Below, piece after piece: positions 48,767 through 57,631 of a stretch of DNA of 64,000 nucleotides. Origin of the DNA: an uncultured Thermoplasmata archaeon (lineage in GTDB: Archaea > Thermoplasmatota > Thermoplasmata > UBA10834); contig CAVRDX010000004.1 in the NCBI GenBank assembly GCA_963719945.1, positions 181,959 to 245,958 on the forward strand, written 5' to 3'. A model generated the notes under the pieces. The model saw only the letters and a list, made by a program, of their open reading frames with translations, searched no databases and was not told the DNA's origin. How positions within the stretch are numbered: position 1 is the first letter of the stretch; each line of letters opens with the position of its first letter. The position numbers and the translations under genes were made by a program.

Positions 48767-50419
48767 ATGGGAGATATCGATGCATCGCCAAGTGGTCCGG
48801 GTGTATTCCTCAGAGCGACCACTGGCATGGTCAGGGAGATGAAATGGCACGATGCCCTTTTCATCAACCTGCTCAACATGAGTCTAGGGGTTGGCGCAGC
48901 GTTTGTCATATTCCTAGGTCCAGGAATATTCCCGGGAGCTAATGTCACACTTGGCCTGGTTCTGTGCGCGATTGGCTGCTTCTTCGGGATGTACTGTTTC
49001 TCGGCACTCACGGCTGCAATGCCACGTAGTGGAGGCGACTATGTCTTCGTCAGCAGAGTCCTCCATCCATCAATCGGGTTCGGCTCCAGCTGGATGTGGG
49101 TCTTCTGGAACGTCGTCTGGTGCGCCATCCTCGGAACTTGGGTCGTGACTTGGGGCCTCAGGGACCTCTTCGGGATGCTGGGGGTCGTGAACAACGACCC
49201 GAATCTGCTCGACTGGGCCGACCGGTTGAGCCAGCCGGACCATCCGATCACCTTCACGCTCACAGCCATGGTCGTCATACTATCCGGCGTGATGTTGGCG
49301 CTGGGGACCAAGTTATACCTGAGGGTGCAGGCAGTCTGTGCGATAATCGGCCTCATCATGCTGGTCGTGGTCGCGGCCATCTTCCTCACGACCTCAAATC
49401 AGGAATTCTCATCGACCTGGGACCAATACGCGACCGGTCAGGGCGCTGCGGACTACAGTGAGACAGTGGCGGATGCCGCCTATGATTCCCCGTGGTACAA
49501 TTACAGCGACTGGCAATTGACACTTGCCATCCTGCCAATAGGGTTATGGTCCCTCGCATATCCGTACTTCACGTCGTTCGTGGGCGGCGAGCTGAAGACT
49601 CCGAGAAGGACCGCATTGATCGGCAACATGGGCGCGTTGGTCATCGGCGCGGCGTTCATCATCGGACTATGGTCGATAGTCACGAATACTCTGGGAGATA
49701 CTTTCATACAGGGCACCTATGTACAGTTCTACGAATATGGCGCGACGAGCTATGGGATGCCCAGCGTATGGTTCGACTTCCATGCCGGCATCGCTTCGAA
49801 GAGCAGCGCAGCGGTCTATGTCATAGGTGTAGGTATGGTCGCATGGCTGCTCATGTACCCGGCTCTGGCCTGTATCGGCCAGACAAGGGCCGCATTGGCA
49901 TGGTCCATGGATAGGATAGTGCCGTCGTGGTTCGGGAAGGTTAGCGATAGATGGAATTCGCCCGTGAACGCGATCGTCTTCTTCACGATAATCAACATGA
50001 TATACCTGGCATTCTACGCGAGATTCTCCGACTACCAGAGCGGCTTCACGGCAGTTCTCGGCCAAGCGCTCGCGACATTCACGCTCGTCGGTTTCGCTGC
50101 CATTCTCCTGCCATACAGGAAGAAGACAAAGAAGATCTACGAATCCTCAGGGATGAATCACAAGATATTCGGAGTGCCGTTGATCACAATCTCTGGCATA
50201 ATCTGGGTCGCATTCCTTTCGGTGAGCATCTGGTACTTCATGGTCGACCCCAACCTCGGAGCGACGGATTATTGGAGTCCAGTGACCAGATATTTCTCGC
50301 TCTATCTCACAGTGGCGATATTCTGTGCGGGGTTCGCGCTGTACTGGGTGTCGAGATGGTATCGGAAGAAACATGGCGTGAACATCGACCTCGCCTTCGA
50401 ACAGCTCCCGCCGGAGTGA
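48767..50419 (+). CDS. APC-family amino acid permease
   Basis: FLRATTGMVRE, AMPRSGGDYVFVSR, GGELKT, C-terminal FEQLPPE. Confidence 0.9.
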   Translation: MGDIDASPSGPGVFLRATTGMVREMKWHDALFINLLNMSLGVGAAFVIFLGPGIFPGANVTLGLVLCAIGCFFGMYCFSALTAAMPRSGGDYVFVSRVLHPSIGFGSSWMWVFWNVVWCAILGTWVVTWGLRDLFGMLGVVNNDPNLLDWADRLSQPDHPITFTLTAMVVILSGVMLALGTKLYLRVQAVCAIIGLIMLVVVAAIFLTTSNQEFSSTWDQYATGQGAADYSETVADAAYDSPWYNYSDWQLTLAILPIGLWSLAYPYFTSFVGGELKTPRRTALIGNMGALVIGAAFIIGLWSIVTNTLGDTFIQGTYVQFYEYGATSYGMPSVWFDFHAGIASKSSAAVYVIGVGMVAWLLMYPALACIGQTRAALAWSMDRIVPSWFGKVSDRWNSPVNAIVFFTIINMIYLAFYARFSDYQSGFTAVLGQALATFTLVGFAAILLPYRKKTKKIYESSGMNHKIFGVPLITISGIIWVAFLSVSIWYFMVDPNLGATDYWSPVTRYFSLYLTVAIFCAGFALYWVSRWYRKKHGVNIDLAFEQLPPE

Positions 50420-50451
50420 GGCTCGCTCCTCATTCGATCGCGACGAACGGT

Positions 50452-51504
50452 CTAGTATAGTCTGGCGTATCGTTTCAGGATGGCCACCGCTATGATGGTT
50501 ATCCACTGGTCCTTCTCGGGGTTCGGTCTATCGGACACATGCCAGAAGCCGTCCTTGGATCTTGCCGAAATGAGCCATTTCATGGGTCTTTCGAGGCGTT
50601 CATCCTCGGGACCGTAGCCTATCCAGGTCAGCATGTTCAGGACCGAAAGCCCGCTCCCGAGGTATGTGGGATATTTCAGTATGGTCCAGTTCTTTTCGGA
50701 CTGGTAGAACGATGGGTGATGGTTCCGTTTGAAGAATCGGTCGAGTATGAAATCCACCCCCTTCTGCACAGCAGCTGTCTTATGTGTCGTGGCGCTGTAT
50801 GTGAGTCCTCTGATGGCCATCACCGTGCTCCACACACAGCTAGGGATGTCGCTGTATTCCTTTGGATCATATGGCGGTGCATCTTCCCCCTCGATAAGGT
50901 CCAGGAACTTGCGTTTCTTCATGTGACTGTACTTCGGGAGGTTCCAGACGTCTTGGATGTATGGGATGTTCCAGCCGCCATCCGGACGCTGCACTTTCAG
51001 GATCCATCGCATCAATTTTCTGGCTCTCGGATCATCATCCAGGCCGAACTGCTGCATATTCCTTAGCGCGAAACCGTTGTAATACGGGAGCGGGAAAGCC
51101 TTCGTCCACGGTCCCGGGATGTACCCTTCCTTGGCTTGCCACCCGAATATCTTCTCGAAAGATTCGCGCACATGCCCTTCCTCGATGACGGTCTTGTAGT
51201 CTCCGAGCATGTACTGATTCCTGAGGATCGTCACATAGGTCCAACCGATCGGAGGTCCAGGCCCTTTCTCCTCCTCGAGCCTCCTCTGTCTGGATATCGG
51301 CCAGGTGCCATCATCGTTCTGCGCGTTCAGAAGGCGCAGCTTCGGCACATACTCGTCGCACTCCCTCCTCGTCTGTCTCAGTATCGAATCATCTTTCGCC
51401 TTCTCCATGATCGAGTCGAGAAGCCAGTATTTGACCGGCGGAGACGATATCTGAAGCAGTTTCCTGGACGAATCTTCGATGATCCCGTTTATCTCAGCGA
51501 GCAT
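50452..51504 (-). CDS. Prenyltransferase/squalene-oxidase-repeat (alpha/alpha barrel) protein, copy 1
   Basis: QW-like repeats QNDDGTW, QAKEGY, QRPDGGW, RSKDGFW. Confidence 0.75.
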   Translation of the reverse strand: MLAEINGIIEDSSRKLLQISSPPVKYWLLDSIMEKAKDDSILRQTRRECDEYVPKLRLLNAQNDDGTWPISRQRRLEEEKGPGPPIGWTYVTILRNQYMLGDYKTVIEEGHVRESFEKIFGWQAKEGYIPGPWTKAFPLPYYNGFALRNMQQFGLDDDPRARKLMRWILKVQRPDGGWNIPYIQDVWNLPKYSHMKKRKFLDLIEGEDAPPYDPKEYSDIPSCVWSTVMAIRGLTYSATTHKTAAVQKGVDFILDRFFKRNHHPSFYQSEKNWTILKYPTYLGSGLSVLNMLTWIGYGPEDERLERPMKWLISARSKDGFWHVSDRPNPEKDQWITIIAVAILKRYARLY

Positions 51505-51576
51505 TTCCTTTGAGCCATGAACATCATACCATCTGATATCTTTTCGGTCGGTGGTTGACCAGCACGAACTGCCCGC

Positions 51577-52629
51577 TCAGTACATGTTCGCGTATCTGGA
51601 GAGCGTGCTGATGGCTATCTCCGTGATCCATTGATTCTTCTCAGGGTCCGGCCTCTCGGACCTGTACCAGAAGCCATCCTTGGACCTCATCTTCAGAAGC
51701 CACCTCGCTGCCTTCTCCATGCGCTCATCCTCAGGACCGTATCCCAATATGGCCAGGATTTCCAGAGCAGAGAGCCCGCTGCCGAGATACGTCGGATACT
51801 TCAAAGTCGTCCAGTTCTTCTCAGACTGCAGGAATGTCGAGTGATAGTTCCTTTTGAAGAAGCCGTCAATGAGAAAATCGGCGCCTCTCAGGATCTCCCT
51901 CCTCTTTATCATGCCTGGGTCCCAGACTGCCCCTCTTATGACCGCGAGTGTGCTCCACAGGCAGCTCGGGATATGCTCGTACTCATCGGGGTCGTAAGCT
52001 GGCAGGTCCTCGCTCTCGATCAGTTTCATGAAATTCTTCATCTTCATGTGGGCATACTCTGGTCGGTAGCGCATATCCTGCAGATACGGAATGTTCCAAC
52101 CGCCATCATGCCGTTGCATGCTCAACAGCCATTTCATGAGCTTTTTCACTCTCGGATCGTCCCGCAATCCGAACTCGAGCGAGTTCCTGAGGGCCAATCC
52201 GTTGTAGTGTGGTATCGGGAATGCGGCAGTGGTGGGGCCAGGAATGTACCCATCCTTGACCTGCCAGCCAAGCATCTTATCGAAGGAAGCTCGCACGTTG
52301 CCCTCGTCGATCTTGGTTGCGTACTCTCCGAGCATCAACTGGTTCCTCAACATGGTCGTGTACGTCCACCCGATCGGCGACCCAGACCCACGCTCTTCCT
52401 CCATCCTTCTCAATTTCGATATCGGCCATGTGCCGTCTTCGCGCAACGAACCCAGTAGGCGCAATCGAGGAGGATATATCTCGCACTCTTTGATTGCCTG
52501 CTTGAGGATCGGATCGTCAGTGTCCTTCTTCATCACGTCTGAAAGAAGCCAAAATCTCACAGGAGGGATCGATATCTGAAGGAGCTTCCTTGCAGATTCG
52601 TCAACTGCTCTTCGAATCTCTGTCAACAT
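51577..52629 (-). CDS. Prenyltransferase/squalene-oxidase-repeat protein, copy 2 (paralog of copy 1)
   Basis: LREDGTW, QVKDGY, QRHDGGW, RSKDGFW; same 350-aa length and colinear with copy 1. Confidence 0.75.
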   Translation of the reverse strand: MLTEIRRAVDESARKLLQISIPPVRFWLLSDVMKKDTDDPILKQAIKECEIYPPRLRLLGSLREDGTWPISKLRRMEEERGSGSPIGWTYTTMLRNQLMLGEYATKIDEGNVRASFDKMLGWQVKDGYIPGPTTAAFPIPHYNGLALRNSLEFGLRDDPRVKKLMKWLLSMQRHDGGWNIPYLQDMRYRPEYAHMKMKNFMKLIESEDLPAYDPDEYEHIPSCLWSTLAVIRGAVWDPGMIKRREILRGADFLIDGFFKRNYHSTFLQSEKNWTTLKYPTYLGSGLSALEILAILGYGPEDERMEKAARWLLKMRSKDGFWYRSERPDPEKNQWITEIAISTLSRYANMY

Positions 52630-52718
52630 GGCTGTGCCGGATGGTCAATGTCCTCGTGGGAAATCTCTTTTTCGTAGGTCGAATCCGAAGTTTTGATCAT
52701 CCAAATTCAGCTCCATGA

Positions 52719-53015
52719 TCATGATCGAAGCCCGCATTCAACCGCGAACTTGAAGTCCTTACCCTCTTCTTCTTGAACCTTCTTGTAGAAGTCGCAGTTC
52801 ATGCAGATGATCACTTTGGGCACGAACGAACCAGTGGGTTCTCCTCCACAGAGTGTGCCAGCGATTGCCCAGCAGATCCGTCCGCCATTTTTTCCATGAT
52901 TCATCCCGTCCGTTTGAGAGTACGTATATGCAGGGCATACTCCGCATTCGGATATCTTGATTCCATCGGGAAGTCGTTCGCAACCTTTGAACTCCCAGCA
53001 GTTCTGCACCCCCAT
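52719..53015 (-). CDS. Two-CW-domain small Cys-rich protein
   Basis: NCWEFKGC...CPA...GKNGGRICWAIAGTLCGG...CMNCDFY; GGTGAGG RBS. Confidence 0.8.
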   Translation of the reverse strand: MGVQNCWEFKGCERLPDGIKISECGVCPAYTYSQTDGMNHGKNGGRICWAIAGTLCGGEPTGSFVPKVIICMNCDFYKKVQEEEGKDFKFAVECGLRS

Positions 53016-53192
53016 TTCCTCACCGCTCCTCACGCGCATCAGATCGAGCACGATCTGGAGCACGGGATGACGGTACATTTCTGATAAGTCTTGCCATGAC
53101 TTGGACCGGATTATTCGCTGAGATGTGCACGTGCAGATTCAATGTGCTGGCATACCCAGATTCATCCTACTTAATGCAACAATACCGGGACC

Positions 53193-53262
53193 AAGAAAGG
53201 TATAAATACTCACGAGTTTATACTGACATTTGTCTGACAATTCGAACAATATCGTCCGACGA
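53193..53262 (+). promoter_or_regulatory. BRE/TATA promoter of the RHH-ftsZ2 unit with two 11-bp palindromes
   Basis: AAGAAAGG-TATAAATA at 53193-53208; TTGTC-T-GACAA at 53230-53240 and TCGTC-C-GACGA at 53252-53262. Confidence 0.6.
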
Positions 53263-53276
53263 CGGGAGACTTCCAA

Positions 53277-53591
53277 ATGGTCGAGTCAGAGCGGGTCACG
53301 ATAAGACTACCGAATGAGCGCGTCCAGGCGCTCCAATCTCTAGTGGATCAGGGGAAGTTCTCCACGATATCCGATGCAATCAGAGCCGCTATCGACAAGT
53401 TCGTCGAGGGCGAGTTCACTCCGGAATATATAGAGAAGGTGACGGTTGAGCTGCCTAAGGGCAACGTCGTGAACCTGAAGCAGCTGGTTCAGGACGGCGA
53501 CTCCGTTTCTGTAGATGACGCCATCAGAAACGCTGTGCGCGAATACATACGCAAGAGATTGTCACAAGCGATGCAAGAACTCGAAAGGTGA
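53277..53591 (+). CDS. Ribbon-helix-helix regulator with two tandem RHH units (CdrS-like)
   Basis: ERVTIRLP...SDAIRAAI and EKVTVELP...DDAIRNAV; directly upstream of ftsZ2. Confidence 0.85.
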   Translation: MVESERVTIRLPNERVQALQSLVDQGKFSTISDAIRAAIDKFVEGEFTPEYIEKVTVELPKGNVVNLKQLVQDGDSVSVDDAIRNAVREYIRKRLSQAMQELER

Positions 53592-53686
53592 CGATCCCCA
53601 AAACGAGCGCAAAGGATGGGAATCAGATGGCCACGCACGCATGTACGCATGAGCGAACGCCCTCTTCAGGGAGGTGCAATTAGCGC

Positions 53687-54736
53687 ATGCTCAACAAGTT
53701 GATCCAGGATGCCCTCGAGACGGAGCGTGACTTCGAGGCACATCTTGCTCCGAAGATATGCGTCGTGGGCTGCGGTGGCGGCGGCTCTAACAGTGTGCAC
53801 AGGATCAACAGGGTTGGACTAGAAGGCGTGGACACCATCGCCATCAACACGGACAAGTTCCACTTGGCCAGAACCGATGCGATGAAGAGGATGCTCATTG
53901 GAGAGCATGCGACCTCCGGATATGGCACGGGCGGCGACCCGGAGATAGGCGAGAAGGTAGCGTATGACGCGATGGACAAGATAGAGGCGCTCGTGCGTGA
54001 ATACGATATCGTGTTCGTCACAGCCGGCATGGGCGGCGGAACGGGCACGGGAGTCGCTCCAGTCGTTGCGGAAGCAGCGCGCAGGCATGGCGCGATATCA
54101 GTCGCGCTCGTGACGATGCCCTTCGATATCGAGAAGGGAAGGTTGCGCGTAGCGTTCAACGGGATTGCGAAACTGAGAGAGAGAGCTCACAGCACGATCA
54201 TACTCGACAACAACCGCCTGTTGAAGATCGTGCCCAAGTTGCCGGTCGAGCAGGCGTTCATGGTGATGGACCAGCTAATAGTCGAGGTCATCAAAGGCGT
54301 GACCGAGACGGTCTGCGAGACCAGCATGATCAATCTGGACTTCGCAGATTTCAGGAGCGTGATGCTCAAGGGTGGCGCGTCCACAGTGCTCTATGGTGAG
54401 AGCGAGGACGCCCAGAAGGTTGTCGCGGAGGCGATCAGCAACCCGCTGCTGGATATCGACTTCGAAGGCGCAACAGGCGCGATGATCCACCTCACCGGTG
54501 GGCCATCGCTGTCCCTGCGGAAGGCGTACGAAGTCTTCAACGGAATCACGAACAAACTCGGTGATTGCGCTCACATCAAACTGGGTGCAAGAATAGATCC
54601 TGACATCGGCAACAGCATCAAGCTGATGGCGATAGTCACAGGCGTGCGGACGCCGGAAGATGCGGACGCGCTCAGACTCACAGGAATTGATGGGCTGAGC
54701 AGCACCCGGATCGCAATGGCAAACGTGTTAGGATGA
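53687..54736 (+). CDS. ftsZ: Cell division protein FtsZ (FtsZ2-type)
   Basis: [34 protein letters not shown]. Confidence 0.93.
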   Translation: MLNKLIQDALETERDFEAHLAPKICVVGCGGGGSNSVHRINRVGLEGVDTIAINTDKFHLARTDAMKRMLIGEHATSGYGTGGDPEIGEKVAYDAMDKIEALVREYDIVFVTAGMGGGTGTGVAPVVAEAARRHGAISVALVTMPFDIEKGRLRVAFNGIAKLRERAHSTIILDNNRLLKIVPKLPVEQAFMVMDQLIVEVIKGVTETVCETSMINLDFADFRSVMLKGGASTVLYGESEDAQKVVAEAISNPLLDIDFEGATGAMIHLTGGPSLSLRKAYEVFNGITNKLGDCAHIKLGARIDPDIGNSIKLMAIVTGVRTPEDADALRLTGIDGLSSTRIAMANVLG

Positions 54737-54767
54737 TATCCTCCCCCACATAAATAACACCAAAAAT

Positions 54768-54796
54768 GCGCCCCCTACCGTAACTTCGGGGGGCGC
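54768..54796. terminator. GC hairpin between the convergent ftsZ2 and trmJ genes
   Basis: GCGCCCCC...GGGGGCGC stem; T-run follows on the minus strand. Confidence 0.5.
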
Positions 54797-54813
54797 CACA
54801 GACTTTTCCGATA

Positions 54814-55593
54814 TCACGGTTCAAGCTCAGTCTTCACATCGTCCTTCTTGGTCTTGGACGAGGTCTTCTTCGGTCTCTTCTTCTTTGGTAGCTCTCCCTG
54901 TGTCGCCTTCTTTATGGCGTTGTCCAGGACCCCCATGAGCGAATGGAATTCCCAGGTCGATGGAACCGATCTCGACACGATCCGTCTGAACATGACCTTC
55001 GTCTTCGCCTTCTTGTGTTTGGGCCAATCGATGCAGTCGAGGAGCATGGCGAAGTACTCGTGCAGTTTCTCAGTCTCCATCTCCGAGGCCAGCTGCGGTT
55101 CCCATCTCTCCACACCTGTTGCGAAGAGCTCGTAGAACACTATCGCTGCGGCATGGCTGATATTGAGTATTGTGTATTCTGGATTGGCCGGGATAGTGAC
55201 GAGGAAGTCGCAACGCCTGAGGAGTTCCTTGTCGAGTCCGAAATCCTCTCGGCCGAAAAGGATCGCGACGGTGCCATCGAACTCCTTGATCTTCGCAGAG
55301 AATTCCTTCGGCGTCATCGATATCCTTGCGAAGTGCTTCTCGTTGCAGGTGTCTATTCCCGAGGTGGCAACCACGAAGTCCACTCCCTGGAGAGCCTCCT
55401 CGTCGGTGAACACTCTCTTCGCGTTCTTCAGGATATCCGTGGCGTGCATCGCACGCTTGGTCGCCTCCTCGCCGATTGCACACGGTCTGACGAGCACCAA
55501 TTCCTCGAGCCCGAAGTTCTTCATGGACCGCGCGATCGCCCCGACATTGCCGTCGTGCAACGGTTCCACCAGTACTACCCTGAAATGAGGCAC
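54814..55593 (-). CDS. trmJ: TrmJ/TrmH-family SPOUT RNA methyltransferase
   Basis: VLVEP..DGNVGAIARSMKNFG, LFGREDFGL, IPANPEYTILNISHA. Confidence 0.9.
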   Translation of the reverse strand: MPHFRVVLVEPLHDGNVGAIARSMKNFGLEELVLVRPCAIGEEATKRAMHATDILKNAKRVFTDEEALQGVDFVVATSGIDTCNEKHFARISMTPKEFSAKIKEFDGTVAILFGREDFGLDKELLRRCDFLVTIPANPEYTILNISHAAAIVFYELFATGVERWEPQLASEMETEKLHEYFAMLLDCIDWPKHKKAKTKVMFRRIVSRSVPSTWEFHSLMGVLDNAIKKATQGELPKKKRPKKTSSKTKKDDVKTELEP

Positions 55594-55646
55594 GGCACCA
55601 CGACAGATGCCCTAGGTATATAACTCTGTAGCAGATAATCTGGGGC

Positions 55647-56465
55647 GTGAGCAGCGAAGGGGAAATACGGGTCGCGCTTAAGGTCGCATACGATGGTACG
55701 AACTACTTCGGTTTCCAGAGACAGCCGGGCAGAGTGACAGTCGAAGGGGCACTCGTGACAGCGCTCGACAAGGTCGGTGCCATCAGCTCTCCGAGGGAGT
55801 GCGGGTACAGAAGTTCCAGCCGCACGGACCGAGGTGTGAGCGCCCTGGGAAACGTGATATCATTCCGCACATCATTCCCGCCGCGGTCCATATGCTCAGC
55901 GATCAACTCGGAGATGGAGGACATATGGGCGTATTCCATCGCTCGCGTCCCCGATGATTTCAATCCGCGGGCGGCAAGGCAACGATGGTATCGATATTAT
56001 CTCCCCAAGGATGGGCAGAACCTTACAACAATGAAAGATCTGGCTGATAGATTCATCGGGATACATGATTTCTCGGCATATGCCACGAAGGCCGATAGGA
56101 ATCCGATGAGGAAGATCGATTCGATCGACATCTCCGATGAGGGGATGTTCCATGCCATCGATTTCAGGGCGGAGAGTTTCCTTTGGAACATGATACGTCG
56201 GATCGTCTGGGTGATGAACGAGGGAAGCTCCGGCAGATTGGACCTGGAGTCGATAGGGCCGGAGGCGAAGAAGAAGCTCATAAGGATCGGTCTTTCCCCA
56301 CCCGAGTACCTCCTGTTAATGGATGTCGACTGTGGTGTGGAGTTCGAGCCGGACGAGCGCGCAAGGATACGCATAAGACGGATGGCAGAGCGGATGATGA
56401 AGAGCCATTCCATGAACCTGATATTCTCGAAGCATGTCCGCGACCTATCTCTTCGCGGCTTGTGA
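55647..56465 (+). CDS. truA: tRNA pseudouridine(38-40) synthase
   Basis: AYDG..YFGFQRQP, SRTDRGVSA, HDFS, FLWNMIR. Confidence 0.93.
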   Translation: MSSEGEIRVALKVAYDGTNYFGFQRQPGRVTVEGALVTALDKVGAISSPRECGYRSSSRTDRGVSALGNVISFRTSFPPRSICSAINSEMEDIWAYSIARVPDDFNPRAARQRWYRYYLPKDGQNLTTMKDLADRFIGIHDFSAYATKADRNPMRKIDSIDISDEGMFHAIDFRAESFLWNMIRRIVWVMNEGSSGRLDLESIGPEAKKKLIRIGLSPPEYLLLMDVDCGVEFEPDERARIRIRRMAERMMKSHSMNLIFSKHVRDLSLRGL

Positions 56466-56501
56466 AGGTTGATATGTGCGGAGACTCGTACGCACGTTAA
56501 G

Positions 56502-57017
56502 ATGAAAGTGGCAGTGACCGGGACTCCGGGAGTCGGGAAGACCTCCGCGACCGCCCTCGTCCGCTCCATTCGCGTGATTCGGGTCAATGATCTAGTCGAA
56601 GAGTTCGACGCGGTCACGGGCATTGACGAGGAACGCGGTTCGAAGGAGGTGGATATCGATAAGCTCAAAGCCGCCGTATCGAAGATGGATGGGGATATGC
56701 TGCTTGAGGGACATCTCTCACACCTACTAGGGGTCGATATCGCCATCGTCCTGCGCTGCTCCCCGACAGTTCTATGCGAGCGCCTGGGAAGTCGAGGGTG
56801 GAGCGAAGACAAGGTACGAGAGAACATGGAAGCCGAAGCCGTCGATATCATCCTTGTCGAGGCGTTGGAGATCGTGCCGAAGGTATGCGAAATAGACGTC
56901 ACCGACATGCCTTCCGAGGCTGTTGCCAAAGCAATCGAGGAAATCATTGCCGGAGAAAGTGAAAAATATCCAGTTGGCAATGTTGATTGGAGCCAGGAGG
57001 TTCTTAGCTGGTTTTAG
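56502..57017 (+). CDS. Adenylate kinase 6 / Fap7-like NMP kinase
   Basis: TGTPGVGKT, EGHLSH, KVRENMEAE. Confidence 0.9.
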   Translation: MKVAVTGTPGVGKTSATALVRSIRVIRVNDLVEEFDAVTGIDEERGSKEVDIDKLKAAVSKMDGDMLLEGHLSHLLGVDIAIVLRCSPTVLCERLGSRGWSEDKVRENMEAEAVDIILVEALEIVPKVCEIDVTDMPSEAVAKAIEEIIAGESEKYPVGNVDWSQEVLSWF

Positions 57018-57631
57018 AAAAGTATCGCACAGAGGCCGACAGAGTGCTGGCACCTGCCGCCCAACAGCTTACCTCAGTCAACCCCAACCACATATCTGTA
57101 GCATCTCTGGTCTGCGCGCTGTTCGCAGGAATATTCTTCGCGCAGCAGAGGCCGGAGCTGTTCCTCCTGCTCGCATCAGCGTTCGTCGCGTTGAACGGAT
57201 TGCTCGATGCTCTTGATGGAAAGGTCGCCAGGCTGATGGCCAAGGAATCGAAACGAGGCGACTTCGTCGACCACATCATCGACCGATACGCGGACATGTT
57301 CATACTTGCCGGTATCGCCCTCGGCGCATACTGTTCGTTGTTCGTCGGATTGTTCGCGGTCATAGGTGTGATGCTGGCCAGCTACATGGGCACGCAGGCC
57401 CAGGCGCTAGGCCTACGTCGAGAGTACAGAGGCGTGCTCGGACGGGCAGACCGACTGGTGCTTCTGATCCTGATCCCAATACTCCAATACATCCTGTTGT
57501 GGCTTGGCGGGGACTTCAGCAACGATATCATGGGATTGACCGTCATCGGATGGATGATGGTATACTTCGGCATCGCAGGCAACATCACAGCCATTCAGAG
57601 AGCCTGGATGATCTGGAAGTCACTTCCGTGA
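57008..57631 (+). CDS. CDP-alcohol phosphatidyltransferase (archaetidyl head-group synthase)
   Basis: DALDGKVAR...GDFVDHIIDRYAD; start either CTG 57008 or GTG 57044. Confidence 0.9.
   Translation: MVLEKYRTEADRVLAPAAQQLTSVNPNHISVASLVCALFAGIFFAQQRPELFLLLASAFVALNGLLDALDGKVARLMAKESKRGDFVDHIIDRYADMFILAGIALGAYCSLFVGLFAVIGVMLASYMGTQAQALGLRREYRGVLGRADRLVLLILIPILQYILLWLGGDFSNDIMGLTVIGWMMVYFGIAGNITAIQRAWMIWKSLP

Noticed and set aside
53627-53683. 18-aa ORF (MATHACTHERTPSSGRCN) between the RHH gene and ftsZ2
   Set aside because: Too short to support without conservation data; it overlaps the ftsZ2 RBS.
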